A DNA stretch of 62,971 nucleotides, filler included, from Welwitschia mirabilis (lineage: Eukaryota), in the NCBI GenBank assembly GCA_051453625.1. It is 5 parts of one record of this genome, joined end to end, with 100 filler letters (N's around TTAATTAATTAA, not from the genome) between each part and the next. Parts side by side here need not be neighbours in the genome. Positions count along the whole stretch, not along the records: positions 10,664 to 31,974 come from JBOZIK010000001.1; positions 32,075 to 48,532 come from JBOZIK010000001.1; 3 more parts are not named here. One strand, given 5' to 3'. This document shows, piece after piece, positions 24,621 through 37,259 of the stretch (its first letter is position 1; each line of letters begins with the position of its first letter). The translations under genes were made by a program, and so were the position numbers. The notes beneath the pieces are model-generated. The model worked only from the letters and a program-made list of their open reading frames with translations, made no database searches and was not told the origin of the DNA.

Positions 24621-25571
24621 CCCCACCAAGAGCATTGTGTTTGTTGGAGGTTTTTGTTGGAGGTTTTAGTAGGTTCCATGCTTAAATGGTAGAACTTCAA
24701 CGTTGAAGGTTCTCTTCTCCTCCCAAAGATGAACATACAGAAGGCATTGAGGAGAGAATCACCTCCTCCTCTTCCTCAAACTCCTCTTAGGGAGCTTCAA
24801 AGGAATGGACTCATTTAACTTCTCTCAACTCCTTGCTGATTTTGTAGTCTCCATGGCATTCTTTCTGGTATTTCATTTTAGCTCCATTTTGTGTTTTATA
24901 GAGCTCCCACTGATTTGGCTCTCTGGGCCCTTTTGTTTCTTGCTCCTTGTTGAAAATTGAAACTTCTATTTCTATTTCAAAATAGCTAAGAGTTATTCCT
25001 TCTAACAGGGAAACATTAGCAATCCACTAACAGGCTAATTCTTAAACCAAAGGAAATCTAAAAGGCAGTAGCACTCAAAAAAGTAAAAGAGGGGTCCCCA
25101 AAATCTTGGGGGAAGGCAATGGTGTGTAGATCGACAGGTAGAGCTCAGTGGAACACCCTAAGAGGGCCGCATTCACAGACTTATCCAATTTTTGACTTTG
25201 AGGACATTGACTTTTCTGTTATCCAGTTTTTGTATGCTGCCTAGATTTTAAGGTACTGCCATTTTCCTTTTGCTTAATAAAGTGGATTTTCCTGTTTTAT
25301 AGAAATTTGCATAGTTCATATATGTAAGTGCCTTATGTTTTCTGCATTTATTAAAACAAAAATACTAACTTATGGACTTTAAAACATGCTATAGAAATTT
25401 AAGACAGGCCCCCATGGTGTGGATCATGTTGGGTACCAACAGAATCCATGCATGATATGTTGAAAATTGGTCCCAAATATGACCACATATAGAAATTAGT
25501 TTTCTATTATATGATAAATAATCTAAAAAATCATTCAGCCTTTTTTTCAACAGAAAAACAGGACACTTAAC

Positions 25572-25663
25572 CTCCATTTAGCAGTGACCTCTGTTGCCAA
25601 TATCCTTTCCTTTGTTTCTGGTAAAAATGTGTATTCATCTCGAACAAAACCTTCAAATCCTGA
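25572..25663 (-). CDS. UOX: Urate oxidase (uricase), internal exon (probably exon 5)
   Basis: acag|TCAGGATTT...AAATGGAG|gttaag, 92 nt, SGFEGFVRDEYTFLPETKERILATEVTAKW(R). With the preceding exon it forms the uricase family signature LxLLKTTxSxFxxFxxxxYxxLxxxxxR. Confidence 0.97.
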
Positions 25664-25761
25664 CTGTCAGAAAAAAAAAGTTAACTGTGCGACATTATTA
25701 CTTGATGGAGTGGTCTCTCAGCACTAAAATTGACTATCAACGTGTTATTAAAGTATCATAC

Positions 25762-25871
25762 TTGAGTAGTCTTTAACAAAGCTAACCCTTCTATTCCTGA
25801 TGTGATTTTGGCATGTTCTCCTCTCTGTAGGGATATCTCTGCTATATGTTTTTCCACTCCAAGCTTAAAAC
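25762..25871 (-). CDS. UOX: Urate oxidase (uricase), internal exon (probably exon 4)
   Basis: ttaag|GTTTTAAG...ACTACTCAA|gtatg, 110 nt, (G)FKLGVEKHIAEISLQRGEHAKITSGIEGLALLKTTQ. Phase is compatible with both neighbouring exons. Confidence 0.97.
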
Positions 25872-28469
25872 CTTAAAGATCCAAATTCAAAGAAGCAGAA
25901 TGACAGATGATTCACAAACCCCAATACAAATATGAAGCACACAAACCCTTTATATAAGATGCAACATTAATGGAATAATCATGTAGAATAATAACTGAAA
26001 GAGGTATTGTAGGGTATAAAATTGCACTCGATTTAATGGGAGAAGTACGGGACAACAAAATGTTTATGATAAGCCACACCATTACATCCCCGCATATCAA
26101 AAACTATGCAAGATCGTTGAATTGTCAAACAGAATCTCTTCTTTACTGCAAACCCAATTTAGGGAGCAGTTTGTTTGCTAAAACAGAATGATGGCTTGAA
26201 ACAATGATTAGGACTGCTGGAACACATTTAAGAAATTACAAATTTTCATGCCTCGTCTTCTTTAAAAGACTATAATCTTATGAATTGAAAGCTAGCTGTG
26301 TGAATACAAAAATAAATAAATAAATTACAGACTTGCTTTGTCAAGACATGGTCAGACTTCATAGCGAATGAAAATGTAAACAAGATGCAGCAATATGTTA
26401 GCAGACAGACATGAAAACATTCAAGGAATTTGATGTCGAAAATCGAATAAGATGTTGGGACAAAGATTAAGAGCAATATCTCTGAAAGATCATATCAAAA
26501 TATAATTCATACTTTTTGGGTAATTAAATTGATGGGTGAACCAAAAAAGGTTTCAGCTTGAGTACAAAAGCACCCTAGGTTGAGAAGGCATGCAGAAGTT
26601 GCATCATTCTCAAACCTTAAGGTGATAGATGTTTCACAGAGTTTGCTGGGGTCTAAAGTCAGAGAGCATCAGTGAAGATTCACGATAACAATTAACCTTA
26701 TAAAGTCCTTTATTGACCCTTAAAAAGGCAAAACAGCCACAAGAAAATATTGCATACTGAACATAATCATGTTCCAATTAAGAAATAAAAAAGAGTAACT
26801 TGCATACTGAAGATTCTTATCGAAAATCGGCAGAGAGACATTAATTTAATACATTTCAGAACACAAACTACCAAGGAACATAAGCCTTTTCCCATCCTAA
26901 CACAGCTCTACTGCCTTCTAACCCTTCTCAACAGGTCTCTCAACACTGCCATTGTCACTTCCTCCTCCGCTTGACTCATTCTTTCTTCCAAAGAAAACAT
27001 CCTTGCCCTCCTTCACTCAAACTCATCAATTTTCCAAAACAGAAATACATACCCCTACAAAACAACTTGAATTTTGAATTTGAAGCATTTGCCTTCACCT
27101 ATTGCTTTCTCTTCTTCAGCATTCTTCACTTTCATCTCCTATTAATAGGATTAATCTGATTTTGTGATTCATCAAATTAATCAATCTTCTATGTGAAAAG
27201 AAAAATGAAAATGCTTGGAAAGTTATGGAAGGAAAAGACCATAACTTTTTGCATTGTTTGTCTTAGGATCGATAAAGCATGCCTTGTTTGGATCTATTAT
27301 GCTCTAATACCAATTGTGATCATCTATTTTCAAATCTTTTTCATTTAATGACATTGAAATAACCAATAGAAGTGTCTCACTTGTAAGTTTATTGTATAAT
27401 TTTAATTAACTTAAAAAAAAACAATATAGAAAAGCATTATTTCTATTTATCGTACTAAATAATGATATCTTATAACTCATTTATTTTAATAACTTTGTCC
27501 AAATGGAAGTGGCATACCTGTCAGCATCTGTGAAGGATTCAACAAAATTGCCTTGTCAGACTATCTTTGGTATAGAAGTAAGAGGTACTAACAATTGGCA
27601 TACTCACCCACAATTATGAAAAAAAGAACAGCACAAAGAAAACCCAATTTCCCAAGTAATGATTGATGATGGGGAAGGAGCAGGGAACCTAGTAGCAAAC
27701 ATGGTTACTTAAGCAAGGACAACCTGACATAGAAAGAAAGTGGGTGGAGACAAGCATAGAGAGAATTGGGGGAGGAAGAATAGAAAAAGAAGGAGTGAAA
27801 AGGATGTCATAGAATATGAAAGGGATCATCAACTAGAGGATCAACTTCTTCAACTTCCCTCTAGTGTATTGCCTTGTATGTTCATGTCCCAGTACAAGAA
27901 GACAATGGTCTCAGGCAATTATTTGCAACCCATTTCACAAGATGGCATTATTGGTTCACAGAATTCAAATGAGAGTTTAGACAATTCCTAGAATGTTGGC
28001 TCCAAGAGCAACTCGAACAACTTGGGATTAAAAAAGTCTTTTTGGGACATCATTCCTAGTAAAGAGATCAGCGCTTCTAGAGATCTTCTCACCCAACAAC
28101 TTTATAAGTGTGCTACAAGGAGAGGAATCCCCTTCCAAAGGAGTCCTCGATGTTGGGTGTAGCCTTTGATTCATCTACCTAGTGTTTTATGGGATCTTGG
28201 GACAAGGGCCAAGGGCTTGCATAACCATGTGCTTCCCATCTTGTATTATCTATGGATTGTGGATGATTTCTTTTTAATGTGTATTAATCATGACTCGTGA
28301 GGATGGTAGCAATGTTCTTTATATGAAGCAATTCCATTTCTTTACATCAGGAGTACTTTTATGCATATGACCCCCTTTTTTACAAATGCTAATCCTATTC
28401 ACTTTTTTTAAAGCTTAATCACACCACTTTATTGAAAACACAAAAACCTATTAAGTTAATATGTTGGTT

Positions 28470-28730
28470 GGTCGTGACATCCCTCATAGGCCTCTCGTTG
28501 GAATGATCAAGCTCTGATACCAATTACAACGTACCCCTACTTGATAGGTGATGTCCTTCCACTAGATTGAAAAAGACTTCACTGAAGGAGGGTCACAAGA
28601 CTTAGGCCCAAATTGGTATCCTTGGCCATAAACCAGACCACACCCAAATGGGTACTGTCTCATGCATAGTGATCTTCCTCTATTATTGATAGAATTCTTC
28701 TTTCTTTTAACCCATCCTAGAGGGATGTGA
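28470..28730 (-). mobile_element. Small LTR-element (TRIM-like) remnant
   Basis: Perfect tRNA-Met PBS complement GCTCTGATACCA at 28511-28522 next to about 200 bp of LTR-like sequence, with a short PPT-like TCCCTC about 30 bp away. A matching second LTR is not evident. Confidence 0.35.
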
Positions 28731-31195
28731 CTCATGGTGAGAACACCATTCCCTCCTTGATGCTCCTCATGTAAAGTTAACCAATGATGTGTTCATTAAC
28801 GAGTAACATTTATTTGTAAATAGGAAAGCCACAATAATTTTGTAATTTTTTTGTAATCAGAAATATAATGAATCATTTGCAGTATTTAGATTGTCCATTT
28901 GATTTCCCCCCCTTTGTATTGCTTTTTATAAAGTGCAGTCCTTGAAAGCTAAGAAACTCACAAATGGAAATTGCAAAGCTAGTTTAGTCTAGCAAGTCAT
29001 AAGACAAAGAAAACACTTAAATGTTCCTCAATTGTATTCTTCCTCAAATGCTAAGCAGTAAAAGACTAAACTAACTTAAAAGGGTAGTATATAAATCAAC
29101 AGAACCACTAAAGGAACAAGAAGTACTTAAGTTCTTAAAGAAACAAACGAAAATATTATTTCAAGCTATGTTTATAAGGAAGTGTTGAAGATTAAGTTAT
29201 CATCCAAACATTACTTAGAATAATTCAATTCTAACAAATAGAGCTTACAAATCAAAATTGAAAGTTGCAACAAAAAACACATTTAAATCAAGTAAATGTA
29301 ATGTGACAAATGAGGCTTGCTTATAAAACATTACTTAGATTTGTTAAACAAAAGGAATTTTATAACAAAAATTTAAACGCAAGTAAACAAGAGATGCAAT
29401 AATTTCAAGTGACTAAAACCCAGGTGCTTGAAGACCAATGAAACATCACCTACTAGGTAGAGTGAGACTACATGAAAAGATAACATAAGAAGCAAAACTT
29501 TCTTCGCAAAGGCCAAACTACCATAGCCACAAATTGATAGATTATTACACTCAGAGATTATAACAACGACAATCTAATCAAGTGAAGACTAAGACCAAGT
29601 AATGTTCCCTGAGGTTTAGAATCTGACAAGTGAAGTTGTGTCTGCCTTGCACAGTCCTTATGTTAAGTTTTGAAGCCTTCTACACTATTACATAAACTAT
29701 TGCATCCCTGTCTTTCACAAATACTAAACTGCTTCTTCATTATTCACGACCTACTAATTATACCTAACATTTTCATTAATTATTATTTTGTTAAGTATTA
29801 TAATTTTTATTTCTATACTTAATATCCTTGTTTATTTGAGTAAAATTTTCATTTCACATAAAGTTTATTTTCACTTTATTTTTCCTGGCTGTAAACATAA
29901 CATGCCATTAGAACATATATGTTATAATTACCAACATGTTATCAGAGGACATTTATTGGAGTACTCACATAACGCTACTCAATCTAGAATTAGAACAAGA
30001 ATCAGAGAACACAAGTCTATAATCTAAAGAAGTCACCTAGGAGAATGTTAGGCCTTGATTCAATTAATGTGATAGGTGCAGAAAATATGGCCTAAGTCAC
30101 AGAGGAGGCAAAAGGTAATTCAGAGTCCTCTCAACAAATTAGATATACACAGACATCTACATCCCATAGAAACCCTCAAAGAAATTGTAATATATAGTGC
30201 AATGCTAGGAACCTTAGTCAATACAGTGGTCCCATGAAAAGTAATTGAAGCTTATTACCGAAAGACCTATAAGAGAATTTCATAATGTAACCAAAAAAGC
30301 TTAGTAAATGTGCCATTCAAAGAAGAATGGGGAAATCACCTAACAACGATTTGAACCATATATTGTCTCAAGGGAGAGGTTATGGAAGACATTTCTCAAA
30401 ATAAATCACATGCATATCAATAAGTATTCTGGAAAGACAAGGTGAGATTGAGGTGAAAAGAGACAAAAATGGTAAAGGGAGGGGAAGAGAGAGCTAATAG
30501 GGCAATCCAAAATGTCAAATACAAGTAAAGCTAAAACACTTGATCTAAGATATGAAATGTGTTAGGGATTCTTGAAGATTGATATCATGTAGCATCAATT
30601 TGAATTAATTTACCCTGTACCATGATTATAACTCTGTAAAAAATGTTCAGAATTGTGCAGATTGATAGCAGTTAGATCATAGAATTGTGGGACAGAATGA
30701 GTTTTGGTAACTAGAAATCTGTTGGGATTAGCAGCTTTAATCTAGTACAGCTGATGCTGGCTAAGATCATCATTAAGCTACAAGACTTCAGAAAAGATGA
30801 CAGTCTGCAATATTCATAAATATGTAGGAATCCTGAATAATGAATAAGATGACTGGATGAGTAAAAAGTGCCAAAAGATTGTGATAGATGAGATTTAATG
30901 AATTAGATCTCTTAAACATCTTCTACACTTAAGGATCCATCTAATGCACATCAATCATTTATCAAATGGAATAATTCTTAGTGATGATCCAACATGACAC
31001 TTCTGTATTTCTACATTGCATCACTACCTAGCCATCAAGGTCTATTGTACATTCAAACCACAAGTGTCATCATCATAATAAACTATAACAATAACATAAT
31101 AGTATCTTCTGTACTGTCTATGAACACAGTTTCAGAAGAAGGCAATCTCCAAAAGGTATCAATTATACATTTCTCAAATATCAAACCAACCTCAC

Positions 31196-31271
31196 CATGT
31201 TTATGGGGCTTGTCATTTATGAAAACACGCTCCCATGGCTTTTCAGTTATGCTTATAGACACTCCAGTAAC
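31196..31271 (-). CDS. UOX: Urate oxidase (uricase), internal exon (probably exon 3)
   Basis: accag|GTTACTGGA...AAACATG|gtgag, 76 nt, VTGVSISITEKPWERVFINDKPHKH(G), containing the conserved EKPWER motif. Lies within ORF 31083-31319. Confidence 0.97.
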
Positions 31272-31447
31272 CTGGTAATACATAAATAAAATAAAACTTA
31301 CAACAGGAAAGTAAAACAAAAAGAACTTTGTAGAAGCATAAATGTTTTAATGATTCATGACTGCATATGTAGATTTTATAACATGAAGAAAATGAAATCA
31401 TTGCATACAAAGAATGCATTAAAAAAATGAAAGCATAATGCTCATAG

Positions 31448-32256
31448 CAATGAATAAAATGTCAGCAAATTAAAATGTCGGCGGACTCAAAAAGTTGTGT
31501 CAGGGGGACATGTCGCCATTGTGTCAGTAATATGTTGGAGCAAAATGTAGGCAATTGTTTTTCTCAAAAAAAATGCAAAGCTTATTAATTTTATGAGATG
31601 TGCAATCAATCAATGCTCTACTCGCAAAAATGGATTTTCCATGGGAAAATTGTGATTTTTCCCTTCAATTTTTCTCGCTATTCATTGGTTTGTTGCGCAG
31701 AAAATGGTTTTTTTTTTTTTGGCCAGAAAACAATTTTAACGGTACCTGTGTGAGACATTTTAAAAATGTTGGCAATATGTCGGCAAAAAGTCGGAAATGT
31801 TGGAAATGTTACCGACTTTTTTAAAATGTTGGCCGAAAATGTTGGCCGACTTCAAGACAGTTTCAAATTGAAAAAACGGCAACTTCAAGATATTTTCTGA
31901 AGAAATATTGGGAGAAACCCTTTTATTCGATATATCAAAGTATTTACAATACCCACTTATTTATAGGACACAGGNNNNNNNNNNNNNNNNNNNNNNNNNN
32001 NNNNNNNNNNNNNNNNNNTTAATTAATTAANNNNNNNNNNNNNNNNNNNNNNNNNNNNNNNNNNNNNNNNNNNNACAAAATGCCTAATCAATGTGGGATT
32101 TAAGGAAATAACATAAAATAGCAAATTATGGAGCTAGTAGCAATTACATACCACAATTGAACATAATCGGAATAGTCAACATTTTCAAATTGAAAAAGGG
32201 TGACTTCAAGACATGTTGCCCCTTTTTGGTGACATGTCGCGAAATTTTACTCTATG
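31448..32256. mobile_element. Non-autonomous hAT element with 8-bp TSD
   Basis: Perfect TSD GCTCATAG (31440-31447, 32257-32264). Imperfect TIR CAATGAATAAAATGT / AAATTTTACTCTATG. Many AATGT(C/T)GG and GACATGTCGC subterminal repeats. Confidence 0.85.
31898..32181. mobile_element. LTR (solo or collapsed element) nested in the hAT element
   Basis: TG...CA termini with 5-bp TSD TTTTC (31893-31897, 32182-32186). Spans an assembly spacer. Confidence 0.7.
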
Positions 32257-32431
32257 GCTCATAGATAATTGGAATTTGACAAAACAGAGTAACTCTAAGA
32301 TTTTTTTTGTTCATGAGTTTTCCATTGCTTAATGGTTAGGTTTTAGTCACAAATAAATAAGTGACAAAATAGTTAAACATCACATAAGAAAAAGAAAAAA
32401 AAATATTTACTTAGTATGATCTTACATAAAT

Positions 32432-32749
32432 GTTGGTTGAGGTAGATGGTAGAATAGGGTGTGATTGGAGTACTTGACAAACCTAGACTGGCCATCTAGC
32501 AGCCTTAGAAAAAAGGCCTTGAAGGTAGACGTCTTGGCTAGACCATCAAATTGAACTTCCCTCCATGTACAATTGAAGGATCCTACACAAATGCACCTAC
32601 AACATAAGGTGAGTTTTGGCTAAGGTGAAAGGTAGAACAGGTGTGTTTGGAGTACTTGACAAACCCACACTAGCCACCTAGCAGCCTTAGAGAGGTTTTG
32701 TTGAAGGTTGAACCCTTGGCTAGACCATCAAGCTAAACTACCCTCCATG
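32432..32749. repeat. Diverged direct duplication, about 135-bp core with about 184-bp period
   Basis: TTGGAGTACTTGACAAACC...CTAGCAGCCTTAGA...CTTGGCTAGACCATCAA...CCCTCCATGT occurs twice. Confidence 0.85.
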
Positions 32750-33547
32750 TTATGGGTTGTGTTATGGTTGAAGACTATATTGGGAATTATTAATAAAGAT
32801 GATGGTTTTATTTAAAGAATGTTGTTTTGTTCTCATTTAAGATTATTTCTTTTTTCTCTCAGCAATTAAAATAAGAATCCTTCACCAAAATTCTTTTAAC
32901 AATAGATGGATCATTACACTAGGACAAGTATGGTTACCTGCAACATATCCATTCTAGCACTAGGCCATCCCTTTATAAAGGATTGGCATAATGAGAGATG
33001 ATACTATCTCAAGTGATATTAGTATAAAGCAGAGGTCTATGCATGCAGAGCTCTATCACTACAGATTTGTGTTCATGGAGGTCTAGTGAGATGATGCATT
33101 GTTCATAGTCAAATTTCTATACCCTCTTTGTTTTATTTAGTTACATGACCTTGCTTTGGATGATTGCATGCTTATGACTCAAATGCCTTGGTACACCGGC
33201 ATAATCATTATGCTTTGAATTTCTTCAGCTGTGTATGTTAGTGTTTTATAACCAAGGACAAGTTTGTATAACATTTCACATATTAGGATTCCAAGTTTAA
33301 TTCTCCTATACTCTTAGTATTTTCTTTTACTTTGTTTTCATGTATTATCTTCTTTCAAACACATATTGCTTCTTGCATCAAATCTAACAAGATCGTACAT
33401 GTACTCTTATCATAATACATTACTTGCCTTACTATACCCAGTTCAAGTGACTTACCTTCTGTTCATTCTCCAAAAAAAGAATTGAAAGGTGTTGTAATGT
33501 GAAGTAAAAGCTAGATGTTTACTCTCCTTATAATATTATGTTTTCAG

Positions 33548-34723
33548 TAAGGTAGCACAACTCTTGGGGTTCAGGCGAGTACCTCATGAGTTGATGATTC
33601 TTCGAAGCTTGACAAGTCACTTTCTTTGACTCGACACCTCCAAGTCAAAGTGATTTCTTTGTTCTGATTTTGAAAAATTTGACTCATGGCAAGTCACTCA
33701 TGAGTCTAGTGAGTCAAAAAAACTTTGACTCTTTGCATGTAATAAGAAGCCAACTTTTTCCTTTTTAAGTTTTCCACTTTTGGCCACAAAGGAAGTACCA
33801 CATTTTATGAAATAAAAAATTTATGATTGTGAATTTAATTTTACCACTTCTTTTGAAATGTTCTCTAGAAAAACCAAATTTATTCCCTTTGTAGTGTTAT
33901 GTTGTATTGCTAACCCTTTTGTAAAAAGTTATTATTATTGTGAAAGGGTATTTTTAAATAAAGTCACCTTGGTGTCTAGGTGAGTCTTTTAAAGGTGTTG
34001 TGGAGGTTAATTGATACTTGTAATTAAAGGGAATAAGTCTAGAGTGTTCTCGAAGACTCTATTCTACATGTATTTAATCTCCTAGTGAGTTTGTGTTTGG
34101 GCATCAAGTTCTTTTGGACAAAAATTGGCTGGATGAGTGATTCATCCTAGAGAGGTCAAAAGCTAAAGGTTGAAGTCCTTTTTGGCTTGTTTGCAAGCTT
34201 GTATTCGAATAAATGTTCCACACTATTTTTCCATGTATATTTCCCTCCACATCTAAGGGTTTTACCATATGCAATTGTCCTTGGGTTGTCATTTTCTAAT
34301 GTCACATTATATAAATTGCTTTAGCTCCTTGCTTATGTAATTGATGTTTTGCATATTTCAAAGGAATATCTATGTTTGTGTTTCATTGTTAGTATGTACA
34401 ATGATTGCTTCTATGGTATCTCTAATGGCATCTCTAATAATCATTTGAATTAATTTTCTTATTCTTGAAATGTTTTATATTATTCTATATAGTTAAGAAC
34501 ATAGGATATTCATAAAACATTGATATTATGTTGTTTTCTCATAAAACATTGATATTATAGTGTTTATGCATCAGCTTTTGTTTGACTCTTATTAATTCTT
34601 TTTGGCTCTTTTGTGTGAACAAGTCAAAATCAAATGAGTTGATGAGTTGACAAGTCACCCACAAGTTGCAAGTCAAATTTTAACTTTCTTGGTGAGTTAT
34701 GAGTTGCAAGTCATGCTACCTTC
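33548..34723. mobile_element. About 1.2-kb non-autonomous hAT-like element
   Basis: TIRs AAGGTAGCACAACT / AGTCATGCTACCTT. GAGTTG, AAGTCA and GACTC motifs cluster at both ends. The 8-bp flanks match only 5/8 (gttttcag/attttaac). Confidence 0.65.
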
Positions 34724-35009
34724 ATTTTAACATCAACCCATTTTAATGTTGTAGAAGTCTATTATGTTATAAAATCATCCTAGGGTTATAAAATAGTCTT
34801 AAAACTAAAAGGATAGGTCTAGACTTTGAAATGGTTCTTGAGGTTTATAGAGGGTTCTATATTTCTCTAATTCAATTATATAAACATTGAAAGAACTAAG
34901 GAACTTGGGATCCTAAATTTGAAGTAGGAGTGACAAAGCTAAAACACAACTTAGAAAAAAATTCTTAGTAATGAACACTTTAATAAATTAGGGTATAAAC
35001 ACATAAGTA

Positions 35010-35605
35010 CGAGCTAGAAAAAGATGAGCAAATCATGGAAATGATATATGGGAATCTAACTAATGTACTAATGACCTAAAAATAGGAAAGGACAGCAACA
35101 GTAATCCAAATAAGGAAAGGTCCATCTTATTTGTTAACAATATTAATAGATATAGAAAGGATAATATCATATAGGCTAGAAAGGGTTATTGACATCAATT
35201 CCTTTGAATTGGCCCTCTTGATGTCAAGGGGATGTACTCTTAAGATGTTTTTAAAATGTACAAATGTCTCTCACCCAAGAACTTTTGTGAAAATATCAAC
35301 AAGTTCATCTTCTAGTTTGTAATGCATCAATTTGATTTTGTTGTCTTCGATTAGACGTCATAAATTACGATGTTTGACATCAATATGTTATGTACAACCA
35401 TGAAATACTAGATTGTTCACCATAGCAATTGCGCTTGTGCTATCATTGTAAATAACAGTTGGATGTTTAGTTGCAAATCACATTTCTTCTAATAAAGTTT
35501 TAAGTCAAATTGCTTGTTGAGACACATCAAAAGCTACAACATATTTTGCTTTACCCATGAAAAGTGCAATTGTAGTTTGCTTCTTTGAGCTCTATGATAC
35601 AAGTG
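35010..35605 (-). mobile_element. Copia RNaseH 3' remnant with adjacent LTR-like sequence
   Basis: Minus-strand KKQTTIAL...HIDVKH...VDIFTKVLG remnants. The 35010-35205 segment is similar to 50440-50640. Confidence 0.65.
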
Positions 35606-35607
35606 AA

Positions 35608-37254
35608 TGCCTAAAGACAAAAGGCAAATAGCAAGACACCAGATTTAACATGGAAAACCTCAATGTAGGGAAAAACCATGGAAGCAATGCAAAGCTCTCT
35701 TATTTGATTGAAAAGTTAAGGAGACAAGCCATCCTCAATAGCCAATCTCTCTTCTCTTCTATTCAATGCATACACCATATGCCTCTTCCCCTTTTATAGA
35801 TTTCCTTTAGGATAGAAACCCTAATTTTACATACAACTAGAACTTTCTAAAAGATTCCAATGTTAATGCCCCCTTCCCTTTTTTACTTTTTTTTCCTTTG
35901 ATTATAATTAAACAAGAAGGGAATTACAATTTTGAAATATAACAGCAATAGTACCAAGGGAACAAATAATATAATAAGAGATTTGGCTCCACTTCCAACA
36001 ATTCTACCCCTTGAAGACAAATCTGGCCAGCCTCCAAGGAAACATCAGATATGCATTGCTTTAAATGCCCATTGCTCAAGTCATAGCAATTTCCAACTTC
36101 CCTTTGTAGAAGTGGTGCTTCTCCATTATCGCCACATTTGTAAGGTTGCCAACAGGTTTGCCTCTGCATGAACTTTTTGAATAGTAACCAATGCGCTTTC
36201 AATGGCTTCTCTCACAAAATTGAACTTGATGTCAATGTGTTTTGATCTTGCATGGACCATAGGATTCTTTGCGAGGTGAATAGCACTTTGACTATCCCAA
36301 AACACATATTATCTTTTCTGCTTCAGCCCAAAGAACTGTGGAGATCTCCTCATCTAGATCATTTCTCTACAAGCCTATATACGTGCTACAGATTCTACCT
36401 TTCTGGTAGATAAGGTCACTAATGGTTGAAGATGAGACAACCAGCTAATTGCGCCTTCACCTAATGTAAAAACACAACCTATGGTGGAATGCTTGGTACC
36501 TAAATCTGCTACAATATTAGCATCTATAAAACCTTGAATGCTTAAATCACCATTCTCAAAACACAAACAATTCATTTGAGTACCCTTCAAATATCTAAAA
36601 ATCCATTTGAGTACCCTTCATTTTGAAGACGTTGTTGACGATATAAAATTGGTTCATGCTAGTAGGCTGATCATACCTNNNNNNNNNNNNNNNNNNNNNN
36701 NNNATTATTGTAGAAATGTTGCTATTGGATTGAAGAATTCTATTGACAAGGCATGGCCGAATCAACAAAAGTGCCCCTCTATCAAGTTCCTCTCATTGTT
36801 CATCCAAGTACTTCTTTAGCCATTTTGCATCAGACAATCTAGATGTTGCCTTCGCATCTACTTCTGTCTTTAGGAGAATGCCACATTTTTTTTCTGGCAA
36901 AGGATGTTTTTCATTAGAATCTTCCATACATCCTAGATCTTAGCTCCAACTAGTCAATCGCTAGTCTACAAACGCTCCATAGTCGTTTGATTGTATGGCT
37001 GTATGGACTGACTATACGGATGCCAAACACGTTGTATAGACACCCTAAAAAATTTGACACAAATGCAAACATTTCGCTCACAGGCTTTATGGACACCAAG
37101 CTTATTGCCAAAATGTGTGAGCTCCAAAACCTAGTACTCTGATACCAATTGTTTCGCCCTTTACCATCACACCAAAAACCATGACTTACGTGGAAATTAA
37201 AGCCTTCATATATACCCACTTATAGGGCTAGGCATGGGGAGTGCATACCCAACA
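35608..37254 (-). mobile_element. Copia fragments: LTR, PPT, RNaseH, (gap), gag N-terminus, PBS
   Basis: LTR with CAGATTTAACATGGAAAACC ending ...CCAACA near 36000, followed by a PPT complement. STIGCVFTLGEGAISWLS (ORF 36375-36590). PBS complement CTCTGATACCA at 37137-37147. May be pieces of two elements. Confidence 0.7.
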
Positions 37255-37259
37255 CTTGG

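Noticed and set aside
14280..25571. Search for the next uricase exon (FFGP...YSPSVQ)
   Set aside because: The partial look-alike near 14733 does not translate to the motif, and no convincing exon was found by eye.
27700..28400. Possible LINE 3' (zf-RVT-like) remnant
   Set aside because: Too degenerate to translate to a recognisable motif by eye; needs a BLASTX or HMM search.
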